Positions 1 to 10,033 are shown, counted from the stretch's first letter. The stretch: DNA of 64,000 nt from Candidatus Saccharimonadia bacterium (GCA_035544015.1 DATKIP010000076.1:128299-192298), one strand, 5' to 3'. Numbers and translations are program-made. The notes: a model not told the origin generated them from the sequence alone.

Positions 1-2
1 AC

Positions 3-3000
3 TATCTCGATACCGCAGGCCACAGCTTCCCGACCCAAGACGACCCTCAAAAACTATTCCTTGCCCGAACCGACACCAGTTTGACCCAAAATTGGGGCAC
101 CGGCTCGCCGGTGCCGAACGGGCCCACCACTGGCTATATGGTCCGGTGGACGGGGTCGTATACGCCAACCCTTACCGGCGCATACAACTTCAAGGCTACT
201 GTCAGCGATGGCGTACGGGTGACCGTTGGCAGTACGGTCGTCCTCGACGCCTGGAGCGACCATGAGCCGGCCGCCACTGTGGGCCCCACAGTCCCCGTTA
301 ATCTAACAGGCGGCACTTCCGTGCCGATTACAATCGACTATTACCAAAATTCGGGAACGAGCCAAATCTCGCTGCTAGTCAACAAGCCCGACAGCACCGG
401 GGCGTATGTGCCCGTGGAAACGACGTCGCTCAGTCCCCAGGCTCAGGTGCTCCCGGAAGGCTGGGCTCTAGGCATTGATGCGGATGGCAATCTTAAATAC
501 GACTACGCCGTTATCGGGCTAAATAGTGTCACGCTGCGCGACTCTACCGGCCAAACCCACGAATATAAATTCATCAACAACGGATTTACGCCGCCGACCG
601 GTGAAATCGGCCATATGGTCCGCAACGGCGACAGCACCGTCACCTTCCAGGATGCTGACGGCCGCACCTACGTCTTTAACCCCAACGGCACGCTCGCATC
701 CACCACCACGCCAACGGATGATCTACATCCGACAGCCCTCAAATACACCTACGCAGGTTCGCCGGCTCGCCTTACCCAAATTACTGATGGCGTAACTTCA
801 AATCGCTGGGCCAAGATATATTATGCGGGCGATACCACGAACTGCCCGAGCCTTACAGCAGGATACACGGCCTATACTGACGCGAGAGTTGTCGGTATGA
901 TCTGCGCTATTGCCACCTCCGATGGTACCCAGTCCACGCCAGTAAACGTGCTTAATGGGAATGTAACGCGCCTCTCCTACCAAATAACCACGCATCCCGA
1001 CAGCACGACCGCTCCGAATCTAGCTCGTATCGAAAAGCCCGGAACCGACTATACCGACTACGGCTATGACTCACTTGGCCGCGTCCTAAGTGTTCGCGAC
1101 AGACTAGCTAGTGATGCCGTTTACGCAACCCCCCAAGTGCGCCTGCCGGACGGCACCGAATTGACAACGATACAGTACGACGCTCTAGGGCGTGTATCGA
1201 ACGCCACATTGCCTGCCGCCACAGCTGGCGCAGTGAGGATCGCTCATACCTACAACTATTACACCGGCCAAACCCAAATGCATCTTACGGGCGCCACGGA
1301 GCCAAACGGCTTTAGCCGTAAAATCCTCTATGACGCGACCCTTCGAACTACCAACGATTACGATGTAGCAAACCTCAACACTCAGAGCGAATGGCACGGC
1401 AGCAAGGATCTTGTGCTCTCAACAACCACGCCCGCCGGGCTTAAATCCACAACGCTCTACGATTACGCCGACCGGCCAATTGACCAATACGGACCAGCAC
1501 CCAGCGCCTGGTTCGGTTCCGACCGTAAACCGCTGCCAGGAAACGAACCCGTTTCGGGACAGCCATACGTGAATCTTATTGCACATAAGCAAACTGGATA
1601 TGACGAGTCGACAGTAGCGGGAAATAGTGCGCTCAAGAGCCTAGCTGCCACATATTACAATGTCGATACATACACTAATGGCACCGGGCAGCCCGCCAAA
1701 GCACTCTTTGGCACTCCCAAGCTGCACACGACAGGTATAGGCGGCGCAAACGGTGACATCAATAAGACGTGGGCAGGTACGCCGCCGTTTACACCCGACG
1801 CCGCACCGGGTGGCGGCACCTACGGCTGGGGTACCCGGCTTAGCGGATATGTACACTTCACGGCGGCCGGCAACTACACCTTCCGAATCCAATCAGACGA
1901 TGGGGTGCGGCTCTGGCTTGATGACACCCTAATCATTGACGACTGGACCGATGGCAGCTCGCGCTCGCATGGAATGGTGGCTGGATACACAGGCTTTAAC
2001 AATACAGCCGACTCCTACCACCGTATCCGGCTCGATTACTACAACAAGGCCGTGGGCGGAGTCCTTAATACCGATGCCGCACTAACGCTCTACATGACCC
2101 CGCCCGCGGGCGGCGAAACGAGCGCTCTCGGCACCCTGCTAAACCCCGGATATGGTCTAGCTACAACGAATACCGTCTATGACTCCAACGCCAACGTTGG
2201 CAATAGAACGACAACAACCGGCTACGGCCCGAACCCCGAGCTTGGTTTGGCCCAAACCTCCATTGTTGACCCCACGGGACTAGCCCTCACTACAAACTAC
2301 ACCTACGAAGCCCAAGGGGCGGCTGGCAGCTTCTTGCGGCAGCTTACCAAAACGTTGCCAGGAGGCAATACAACCAACTACGCCCACTACGCAGCCACTG
2401 ATCCGCCGCGCGATAACCCATGTACGGTACCGGTTGAGTCCTACAACCAGGCGGGACTGCAAAAATTAATCACGCAGCCTGACCCTGACGGTGCCGGCCC
2501 ACAAACGCCAGTTACCACAGAGACGATTTACGACAATACCGGACATGTAGTAGCTTCCCGCTACAATACCGAGGCATGGAAATGCACCACCTACGACGCG
2601 CGCGGACGCGTCACCCAAGTTGCCACTCCCAGCCAGCCGAACACTCCGCACGTCACTCGTTCCGCGCGCACCGTCACCAACAACTGGTCTGTCGGCGGCA
2701 ATCCTTTGGTGACAAGTGTCGCCGACTCCACTGGAACGATTACCACTACCGTTGACCTACTGGGCCGCATAACGAGCTACACTGACGCCAAGAGCAACAC
2801 AACGACATACGGCTATGACATATTCGGCCGCCTGACCTCGAAGACGACCCCTTACGGCACCGAAAATTACGTTTACGATAACAATAACCGCCTCACCGCG
2901 CAGAAACTGGGCACAACCACGCTCGCAACCCCAAGCTACGACGCCTTCGGTCGCTTGACCGGCGTGACCTATCCCACGGTCGTGTCCTCGTTCCCGGTCA

Positions 3001-4526
3001 GCACCATGACCATGGCCGTTTCTCGCGACAATCTTGGAAGGGTCAATAATTACGATTACACTGTCGTGGACCCCGCCACATTCACAGTTAAGCACGTTAT
3101 CGACAACATCGCATTCAGCCAGTCGAGCCAAGCCGTCTCGGGCACCGAAGCGGGGGCCGCAAAGACCTATACCTACGACAAAGCCGACCGGCTCACCACC
3201 GCCACGCTTGGCACCCACAGCTTTAGCTACAGCTTCGGGGCTCCGACAGCCTGCACGGGAACCTATAACGCCAACGCCGGCAAGAACGCCAATCGCACGA
3301 GCCAGGTACAAGATGGCGTCACCACCACCTATTGTTACGACAATGCCGACCGCTTAATTTCCAACACAGCAAATGGTGGCGCCAGTGTATCCGCCCACAC
3401 CTATGACGCACACGGGAACTTCGCGACACATGGGATCGATGGCTCTAGCGGCGGCGGCAATACAAAGATTGAATACGACTCGTCGGACCGCGCCGTCTAC
3501 ACATCCGATCCGGGCACAAACACTACCAATATCCGGGATGCACAGGATCGCCTGCTTACGATGGATGATTTCTGGCACAGTGATTACGGCTACTCTGATC
3601 CGGGCGATACACCTGATTTTACCCGCGGAACAGCCGGCTACGTACAAGAGGCATACATCCGGCTTATCGGCGGCGTGCTCTTAACTAATCGCTTGGGCGG
3701 AAGCGGGCAGCTCGACGGCCAAAATGTTTCGATGCCTAATCTGCATGGTGATGTTTTCGCTATAGCCAACGGCACCGGATTGCTCAGACAGGGGAAGTAC
3801 CCCAACTATGGCATTTTCCAATACACACCATTCGGAAGGGACCTCACGGGCGTTGATGGCTCCGAAGCCCCCGACAATGCTATGGGAACAAATAAATTCA
3901 CCACGGTGGGTGGGTTTGGTAAGTTAACCGAGACGGGCAACACATCACAGTTTGTCTTCATGGGCGCCCGCCTCTACGACGCTTCCCTCGGTCGCTTTGC
4001 TCAGGTCGATCCGATAGACGGCGGAACCGAAAACAATTACGTCTATCCGCCGGACCCAGTCAACAACTTCGACCTGAGCGGTACAAACGCATGGGATACA
4101 GCAGGCACAGTTGTAGGAGTTGGCGCGCTCGCGGTCTGCGTCGTAGCAAGCGCAGGAGCCTGCGGAGTCGCGCTGGGCGCCGCTACGGTAGCGGGTGCAG
4201 CGATCGCAGGCATGGCTACCTGGCAAGACACCCATAATTTCTGGCTTTCTGCAGGCATAGGGGTAGCATCCGGCGTTGCTGACCGGCTAAGTGGAGGCCT
4301 CTGGAAAACAAGCTCAGTCTTTAGGGCCGGCGTATTAAGGCTCGGGGCGAAATATCAAAGCAAGGTAGTAACAAACATGAGAGCCGCTAAACTCGGTGCG
4401 AGCTACATTGGCGGGTTGATCGTAAACAAAGCTGCAACCTCGACAATAAGAGGCGTCTATGACGACTGGTGGCTATGGAGCAGGAGTAGGCGGCCCGATT
4501 ACGTTGGGCTTACAATGATAGCATGA
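3..4526 (+). CDS. RHS/YD-repeat polymorphic toxin with two PA14 domains (5'-truncated by window edge)
   Basis: Frame is open from position 3. Two PA14-like segments (SDGVRVTV, SDDGVRLWLDD), many YD repeats, RHS core end (MGARLYDASLGRFAQVDP...YVYPPDPVNNFDLSG), then a hydrophobic C-terminal tip. Confidence 0.92.
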   Translation, partial: YLDTAGHSFPTQDDPQKLFLARTDTSLTQNWGTGSPVPNGPTTGYMVRWTGSYTPTLTGAYNFKATVSDGVRVTVGSTVVLDAWSDHEPAATVGPTVPVNLTGGTSVPITIDYYQNSGTSQISLLVNKPDSTGAYVPVETTSLSPQAQVLPEGWALGIDADGNLKYDYAVIGLNSVTLRDSTGQTHEYKFINNGFTPPTGEIGHMVRNGDSTVTFQDADGRTYVFNPNGTLASTTTPTDDLHPTALKYTYAGSPARLTQITDGVTSNRWAKIYYAGDTTNCPSLTAGYTAYTDARVVGMICAIATSDGTQSTPVNVLNGNVTRLSYQITTHPDSTTAPNLARIEKPGTDYTDYGYDSLGRVLSVRDRLASDAVYATPQVRLPDGTELTTIQYDALGRVSNATLPAATAGAVRIAHTYNYYTGQTQMHLTGATEPNGFSRKILYDATLRTTNDYDVANLNTQSEWHGSKDLVLSTTTPAGLKSTTLYDYADRPIDQYGPAPSAWFGSDRKPLPGNEPVSGQPYVNLIAHKQTGYDESTVAGNSALKSLAATYYNVDTYTNGTGQPAKALFGTPKLHTTGIGGANGDINKTWAGTPPFTPDAAPGGGTYGWGTRLSGYVHFTAAGNYTFRIQSDDGVRLWLDDTLIIDDWTDGSSRSHGMVAGYTGFNNTADSYHRIRLDYYNKAVGGVLNTDAALTLYMTPPAGGETSALGTLLNPGYGLATTNTVYDSNANVGNRTTTTGYGPNPELGLAQTSIVDPTGLALTTNYTYEAQGAAGSFLRQLTKTLPGGNTTNYAHYAATDPPRDNPCTVPVESYNQAGLQKLITQPDPDGAGPQTPVTTETIYDNTGHVVASRYNTEAWKCTTYDARGRVTQVATPSQPNTPHVTRSARTVTNNWSVGGNPLVTSVADSTGTITTTVDLLGRITSYTDAKSNTTTYGYDIFGRLTSKTTPYGTENYVYDNNNRLTAQKLGTTTLATPSYDAFGRLTGVTYPTVVSSFPVSTMTMAVSRDNLGRVNNYDYTVVDPATFTVKHVIDNIAFSQSSQAVSGTEAGAAKTYTYDKADRLTTATLGTHSFSYSFGAPTACTGTYNANAGKNANRTSQVQDGVTTTYCYDNADRLISNTANGGASVSAHTYDAHGNFATHGIDGSSGGGNTKIEYDSSDRAVYTSDPGTNTTNIRDAQDRLLTMDDFWHSDYGYSDPGDTPDFTRGTAGYVQEAYIRLIGGVLLTNRLGGSGQLDGQNVSMPNLHGDVFAIANGTGLLRQGKYPNYGIFQYTPFGRDLTGVDGSEAPDNAMGTNKFTTVGGFGKLTETGNTSQFVFMGARLYDASLGRFAQVDPIDGGTENNYVYPPDPVNNFDLSGTNAWDTAGTVVGVGALAVCVVASAGACGVALGAATVAGAAIAGMATWQDTHNFWLSAGIGVASGVADRLSGGLWKTSSVFRAGVLRLGAKYQSKVVTNMRAAKLGASYIGGLIVNKAATSTIRGVYDDWWLWSRSRRPDYVGLTMIA

Positions 4527-4792
4527 GCAAAAGAACGACATGCTACTGCGGAAAACCATACGCCCCTCTGGACGGCAGATTCTTCAAACTAGGAGGTCTT
4601 GTGATAATCGCTGCAATCGCACAATGGATAATCACCGGTCCGGACATAGCCCATTACAGGGCCTTCGGTGGATTCCTTGCGGTCCTCGTAATAATGCTGG
4701 GATTTCTCGTCGTGGCAACTGTGGTAAGGCTGCGTCAGGGGCATACCATTTTCTGTGCGATATGGGATGGAATTCGGTCAACGGTTCTGTAG
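4523..4792 (+). CDS. Small 2-TM membrane protein, candidate cognate immunity protein
   Basis: ATGA overlap with the RHS stop; two hydrophobic helices. Confidence 0.65.
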   Translation: MSKRTTCYCGKPYAPLDGRFFKLGGLVIIAAIAQWIITGPDIAHYRAFGGFLAVLVIMLGFLVVATVVRLRQGHTIFCAIWDGIRSTVL

Positions 4793-4820
4793 GGATTAAG
4801 AGTATTTAAGGAGAGTCTGA

Positions 4821-5090
4821 ATGCAAAACCCATTGGCGCATGTCCCCGAAGAGAAGGCACAGAAGGAGCTGGTTCGGTTCCTGATCATAGGCTGGATAGC
4901 TGCGGTCGTAGCATTTGCTGTGTTCGGCTGGGCGTTCATTGTCGCGCTCGGTTGCGCCAGCCGATGCTTAATATTGAGTTGGCATACCGGTAATAAGGAA
5001 CGCTCAAAAGCTTGGCTTTATAAGCTGGCCAGCATATTGCTGCTAATCGTATCCATCTACGAGCTCTACCTGGTGGTCCACCAGCCCTAG
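4821..5090 (+). CDS. Small membrane protein, candidate immunity protein
   Basis: AAGGAG RBS; hydrophobic helices; lies in the run downstream of the RHS gene. Confidence 0.6.
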   Translation: MQNPLAHVPEEKAQKELVRFLIIGWIAAVVAFAVFGWAFIVALGCASRCLILSWHTGNKERSKAWLYKLASILLLIVSIYELYLVVHQP

Positions 5091-5091
5091 C

Positions 5092-5691
5092 ATGATAAAA
5101 GCTCCCGAATTCTACCAAATCTTCAAGCAGCACGACGAGCCACTAAAGCAGGCCGGCTTTGCCCGGCAAGGCCGTCACAAATATAGCCGCAACGGCAATA
5201 CGCTCCAAATAATCCTCGGCAAATGGAGTTGGACCGAAGACGAGGGCTGGGATTTCTTCATCCGCATCACAGACCTAGCCTACCCGGCCGAAGGACACCC
5301 TCATCAACCATCCACAGACGTGACTCCCGCAACGCTCGTCTCGCAAAAGCTAATCGACCCAAGAGCGATTGATGCCGCATACAAGGCATATGCCGCCGAA
5401 CACAAAAATCTGTACGGGAATATCCCAAACAGAGCGTTCGTCTTCTACGACGCCGAGCATCTCGGTAAAATTCTGGACCTGTTCCTATCCGCTATCGTTC
5501 AGGCAGCCCACAACTGGGATACCTTCCGCAACGAGGAACGAAAGAAGCCCCGCGCCCCCTTCCGTAAGCACACGGCCGAGGAGCTCCAAGCTATTGAAGA
5601 CCGGATCGAGCGCGACCTGCGGTCGGCTGGCCTCCAAATGGAGTTGGTCACTCCGCCTAAAAAGACCAAGTCGGCCAACCCACCGGGTTGA
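5092..5691 (+). CDS. Hypothetical soluble protein (possible immunity protein)
   Basis: 199 aa ORF starting 1 nt after the previous stop; protein-like composition. Confidence 0.6.
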   Translation: MIKAPEFYQIFKQHDEPLKQAGFARQGRHKYSRNGNTLQIILGKWSWTEDEGWDFFIRITDLAYPAEGHPHQPSTDVTPATLVSQKLIDPRAIDAAYKAYAAEHKNLYGNIPNRAFVFYDAEHLGKILDLFLSAIVQAAHNWDTFRNEERKKPRAPFRKHTAEELQAIEDRIERDLRSAGLQMELVTPPKKTKSANPPG

Positions 5692-5841
5692 TTCCAGATG
5701 CCGCTAATGGTAAAACCAAACCAGATAGTTGTGAGCGTGGAGACCTTTTTGAGTACTTGCAGGTACGAAGCGAGGTGCAAACACTATCAATAGAAAACGG
5801 GCTGAAGCCCGTTTTCTATTGTGACGGCATCAGAGCCCTAT

Positions 5842-6279
5842 CTAGATCAAATGGTTGTGCCGAAAGCTGTAGCACCCTTTCGCCGTCACAATAATATGAT
5901 CCCGCACGGGCATGCCAAGCAAGAGACCCGCCGCTACGAGCTGCTGGGTGGCCGATATGTCTGGCTGGCTCGGGCTGCACTCGCCAGAAGGGTGATTATG
6001 GGCCACGATTATAGATGCCGCCCGGTCAATAATTGGACCGGCAAATACTTCACGGGGGTGCGTGAGGGCCACATCAAGTAGCCCTATCGTAACAACGCGC
6101 CGGGCAATAAGGCGCATCGCACTGTCCAACGAAAGGCATACGAAGTACTCCTGCTTCTTGTCTCGAAAATAATCCAAGTACGGAAGTACATCCTGGGCAG
6201 CGTGCATCGGCCTGGCACTTTGCTCATGAGGTATAGTTTGACAGAACGGACAGGGAATCCCATCGGCGGTTTTCAGCAT
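5842..6279 (-). CDS. radC: RadC-like JAB/MPN domain protein
   Basis: HPREVF and AHNHPSG..PSQPD..DHII motifs. Confidence 0.9.
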   Translation of the reverse strand: MLKTADGIPCPFCQTIPHEQSARPMHAAQDVLPYLDYFRDKKQEYFVCLSLDSAMRLIARRVVTIGLLDVALTHPREVFAGPIIDRAASIIVAHNHPSGECSPSQPDISATQQLVAAGLLLGMPVRDHIIVTAKGCYSFRHNHLI

Positions 6280-6287
6280 AGCATTTT

Positions 6288-6372
6288 ATAAACAAACTGT
6301 TTATACGGCATTGTTTTGAATGTATATGCAATCCCAAATATAAACAAGTCGTTTATATAACGATCTGTTTAT
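6288..6372. promoter_or_regulatory. Three operator-like palindromes ATAAAC-N5-GTTTAT in the divergent radC/XRE promoter
   Basis: 6288-6304 and 6340-6356 are perfect; 6356-6372 is TATAAC-N5-GTTTAT. Confidence 0.7.
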
Positions 6373-6390
6373 ATTTCCTACGCTACAGGC

Positions 6391-6618
6391 ATGAGTAACA
6401 CACAAGAATCCAAGCAACTTATGGCCTTTGGCCGCAGACTAGCTGATGTACGGAAAAGCCGCGGGCTAACCCAGCAGCAGTTAGCAGAAAAGCTAAGTAT
6501 AAGCCTCGTATCCATCGGCTACATCGAAACAGGCAAACGCTGGCCGCGACTGGTAACCCTGCACCGGATTAGCGCTGCATTAGGCGTACGCCTCGAAGAA
6601 CTCTTTAAGGGGCTGTAG
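6391..6618 (+). CDS. XRE-family helix-turn-helix regulator
   Basis: FGRRL..VRKSRGLTQQQLAE...IETGKR.P pattern; leaderless start 6 nt after TACGCT. Confidence 0.92.
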   Translation: MSNTQESKQLMAFGRRLADVRKSRGLTQQQLAEKLSISLVSIGYIETGKRWPRLVTLHRISAALGVRLEELFKGL

Positions 6619-6818
6619 CCGACAAGCAACGTGCCAAGCGGCCATTTGGGAACACTTCCCTGCCGGCGCTCCATAGGGGATAATAGCAACAATACATTAG
6701 GAATCGTCATGAGTATCATGCCCTCTCACATCCAGTGACTGCCCGGCCGTAATGGCTAATCCTTCAGCATATTTCTGCTGTAAATAATTAGCAGCCATGA
6801 GCTGCTGAAGGATATAAC

Positions 6819-7724
6819 ATGTCAACACGATATTTCAATCACCGAGTCCAAAAAGCCCGACAATTCCTTGCTCAACGCATGTCCGGCGACACGCCAGAAC
6901 ATCCCGGGCTAACAACCTCATTTTGGAATTTACTCGAAAAAATTAAGCAGGATAGGGAAGCAGCGCTTGCCTTAGCCTACTCGCTCCTGGATACTTCGGC
7001 ACCATCCGAGCGCTTCTTTGCCGTTGTTTTGCTGGGTAAAATCTTCAACCCCACCGAGCGGCATCAGCGCGCCGAAGCCCGCCATATGATCGCAGTCTTG
7101 GCGGCCAGGGCCGCCCGCGAACGACACCCAGCTATCCTCACGCAAATCGGTTACGCCCTCGGCAAGCCGTATCTTCGTGAAGCCGTCCGGCCGCTCGTCA
7201 AACTGTCCCGCCATCCACACGAAGACGTTCGGTATGCCGCCACAGGTTCAATCGTGTCGGGTATTCATGAGCGGGCGCCAAAATATGCCCTAGATCGGCT
7301 ATTTGAGCTCATGCGCGATCCCGACCCAGACGTGCGCAATTGGGCCACTTTTGCCGTCGGGACACAGTTGGACATCGAAGCTAACAATAGTGACGCCATC
7401 CGCCAAGCGTTGCTCGACCGAACTCGCGACCGTCATTTTGAAACCCGCGCCGAAGCCTTTCGCGGCTTGGCTAGGCGAGGCGATCGCCGCGGAGTGCTAC
7501 CCTTAAAGCACTGGCTGGAACGCCAAGACCAGCAGGGCAAAACGATTTGGACTTGGGAGATCGAAGCCGCCGGCATATATGGCGATCCGATCTTTTATCC
7601 CGCGCTAACGAGCGTTGCCGAGTGGTGGAGGACAGACCAGCCAGTCATGAGCTGGGCACTGGCTCGCTGCCATCCCGATATGGAGATTCGGGACAGAACA
7701 TTGCTCGAAGACCAACTGTACTAA
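6819..7724 (+). CDS. HEAT-repeat protein
   Basis: Repeated motifs such as HEDVRYAA, DPDVRNWATFAVG and FETRAEAFRGLA. Confidence 0.85.
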   Translation: MSTRYFNHRVQKARQFLAQRMSGDTPEHPGLTTSFWNLLEKIKQDREAALALAYSLLDTSAPSERFFAVVLLGKIFNPTERHQRAEARHMIAVLAARAARERHPAILTQIGYALGKPYLREAVRPLVKLSRHPHEDVRYAATGSIVSGIHERAPKYALDRLFELMRDPDPDVRNWATFAVGTQLDIEANNSDAIRQALLDRTRDRHFETRAEAFRGLARRGDRRGVLPLKHWLERQDQQGKTIWTWEIEAAGIYGDPIFYPALTSVAEWWRTDQPVMSWALARCHPDMEIRDRTLLEDQLY

Positions 7725-7840
7725 GCTTGCATTAATGTACTACTAATACTACAATAAATACCAAGAACATGAGTACGTTAACAGTTCGGCTAAGCACAAA
7801 ACACAAGCCCAAATTGCAGTACTCATAGTACAATAAAGTC

Positions 7841-8050
7841 ATGACACCAGTGCGACCAAGATTCCAAATCAACGCGGCTCCTGAAATACTCAACGAGGCC
7901 AAGGCCATTGCCTATAGTCGCGGGCTAAGTCTGACGGAATTTGTACTGCAAGCGCTCGCTAAAGACGGGAATGACAAGCTTAAAAAGCTCGTCGAAAAGG
8001 ACCTGGCTAACCGCACCCGGCCGGGCAATCCCTCTAAACCCAAATTCTGA
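7841..8050 (+). CDS. Ribbon-helix-helix-like DNA-binding protein
   Basis: RFQIN beta strand then AKAIAYSRGLSLTEFVLQAL; TACAAT 6 nt upstream. Confidence 0.7.
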   Translation: MTPVRPRFQINAAPEILNEAKAIAYSRGLSLTEFVLQALAKDGNDKLKKLVEKDLANRTRPGNPSKPKF

Positions 8051-8138
8051 AAAAGCCATAACTTAGCCGAATTGCTACATTTCGCGAATGTTCGCTGAAA
8101 CTTGTTTTGATGGCAAATTACGGTAAGCGAGGGTAGAA

Positions 8139-8312
8139 ATGGGCAGAGTTAAAGGCGCAAAGAACAAAGAGAAGTCCCCTGAAATCTTCAGCATGACGAC
8201 AGACGATCGCATCACTCTCCTAGCCAACATTATCGTCGACGCCATCGCTGATAAGGAAACTCGAGAAGCCATTGACGCGGCCATGGCTAAAGAAGCCCAA
8301 GAGAAGCAATAG
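8139..8312 (+). CDS. 57-aa protein upstream of the recombinase (not in ORF track); candidate directionality factor
   Basis: GAGGG RBS; MGRVKGAKNKEKSPEIFSMTTDDRITLLANIIVDAI...; ends just before the recombinase RBS. Confidence 0.6.
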   Translation: MGRVKGAKNKEKSPEIFSMTTDDRITLLANIIVDAIADKETREAIDAAMAKEAQEKQ

Positions 8313-8323
8313 GGGAGGGGAAT

Positions 8324-10033
8324 ATGCCGTCATTAGCCAACAAGAATGCCGTAGCCGCAATCCGAGTATCCACCGAGAAACAAGGCCGAGACGGCGATTC
8401 GCCCGAAGCTCAAAAAGAACAAATCGAACGCTATGCCGCCACCCAAGGCATCACAATCAAACAATACTTCGTATTTCTGGAATCTGCTTCCAAAGACCAG
8501 CAGCCAGTCCAGCCGGCCATCGACTACTGTAAGAATCCCAGGAACGACATCCAGCTCTTTATCATCAAATCCATCGATCGCTTCACGCGCGGTGGCTCAC
8601 ATGCCTATGGCGAGCTAACCGCCCAGCTCGACCATTGCCGGGTCAAACTCGTGGACATCTACGGTGTCATTAGCGGCCAAGAAATTAACACCCTCGATCA
8701 CCTCGGCTTCGAATACAAATGGAGCAAATACTCACCCAGCAAAAAATCGGAAATCCTCGAAGCCGAACGCGCCAAAGATGAACTCCGCGACATCATGAGC
8801 CGCATCATCGGCGCCGAAATCCGCTACACCCAAATGGGCTACTGGATGCGCCGTGCACCGTACGGCCTCATCAGCGAAAAAGCCGAAACCAAGCATGGCA
8901 AACGATGTGTGCTCAAGGCTCATCCCACCGAATCCAAGTACATCCTCCAGATGTTTGAGCTAAGCGCTAAGGGCACCCTCCATGACGAAGAAATCGTAGA
9001 CAAGCTCAACGAACTTGGCTTCAGAACCAGAGTGAAGTATATTCGCGACCAAAATGATAGGACTAAGGTCATTGCCAAAAGCGGGGGCAACCCGCTAACG
9101 GTGAAGGCAATGCACAAGTTACTTCGCAACCCCATCTACGCCGGCATCAACGCCGAGAAGTGGACAGGGGACAAGCCCATTAAGTGCGCCTTCCAAGGCC
9201 TCATCTCCGTCGATCTCTTCAATCGCGCCAACAAAGGCAAGAAGGTAATCGTTGAGAGCGCCAATGGCGAAATAGCCATTAGTACCAAACGACCACCCGA
9301 GCATCTGATTAACAAGGGTAAGCGTTATCCTGACTTTGCTTTCCGTTATCTACTTTGCCCCGATTGCCGTAAGCCACTCGTCGGCAGTGCTTCCCGTGGC
9401 AAATCCGGGAAGTACTATCCCGCCTACCATTGCGCACATCGTGGGCACTACTACCGTATACCTAAGCAGGAGCTGGAGGATCGAGTCGCCGAGTTTATCG
9501 GCAACCTTACCGTCTCTAGCGATCACCTCGATGCCGTCATGAATGCCGTCTCTGCTGAGTGGCATCTGCGCAACCAAAGCCAGCTCCAAGAGCTGGAGGG
9601 CATCGAGGAGCGCATTGCAGAGCTAAGAAAAGATGCTGTCGCCACCATGGACAAGATTCGCGTATTGAACTCACCAACCGCCCTTAAATTTATGGAGGAA
9701 GACCTCGTGAGAATAGAACAGCAAATCGAAGCCCTTACCGACGAGAAGGCCAAGAAAGAAGCCGAGAAACCGCACGAAATTAGCAAAGTCTTGGGAAGGG
9801 TCCGATATTTCGTGGAACACCTCGATAAATTGATCCTCCAACAGATAGACCCGATCAAAAAAGCCCAGCTTTTCGGCGTCATTTTCGACCAAATCCCAAC
9901 TGTCGATGAAATAAAATGTGGAACACCAAAAACACCCCTGTTTCCAGGAGTGAATGGCATCTTTGCGCTCGCAAATATGAATAAAGACTCTATGGTAGTC
10001 CCACGGGGAATCGAACCCCGGTTGCCAGGATGA
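8324..10033 (+). CDS. Large serine recombinase (resolvase + recombinase + Zn-ribbon + coiled coil)
   Basis: IRVSTEKQ catalytic Ser motif, SIDRFTR, APYG, LRNPIYAG, CPDC...YHC. Confidence 0.95.
   Translation: MPSLANKNAVAAIRVSTEKQGRDGDSPEAQKEQIERYAATQGITIKQYFVFLESASKDQQPVQPAIDYCKNPRNDIQLFIIKSIDRFTRGGSHAYGELTAQLDHCRVKLVDIYGVISGQEINTLDHLGFEYKWSKYSPSKKSEILEAERAKDELRDIMSRIIGAEIRYTQMGYWMRRAPYGLISEKAETKHGKRCVLKAHPTESKYILQMFELSAKGTLHDEEIVDKLNELGFRTRVKYIRDQNDRTKVIAKSGGNPLTVKAMHKLLRNPIYAGINAEKWTGDKPIKCAFQGLISVDLFNRANKGKKVIVESANGEIAISTKRPPEHLINKGKRYPDFAFRYLLCPDCRKPLVGSASRGKSGKYYPAYHCAHRGHYYRIPKQELEDRVAEFIGNLTVSSDHLDAVMNAVSAEWHLRNQSQLQELEGIEERIAELRKDAVATMDKIRVLNSPTALKFMEEDLVRIEQQIEALTDEKAKKEAEKPHEISKVLGRVRYFVEHLDKLILQQIDPIKKAQLFGVIFDQIPTVDEIKCGTPKTPLFPGVNGIFALANMNKDSMVVPRGIEPRLPG

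Larger units (their letters stand above)
1..10033. mobile_element. Genomic island integrated at the 3' end of tRNA-Glu; other end outside window
   Basis: Large serine recombinase abuts and overlaps a tRNA 3' end. Cargo is RHS, radC, XRE and RHH. Composition is less GC-rich than the core genes. Confidence 0.75.

Noticed and set aside
8081-8095. LexA-like box TTCGC-N5-TTCGC upstream of the recombinase operon
   Set aside because: Both half-sites and the spacing deviate from the three clear copies; not enough support.
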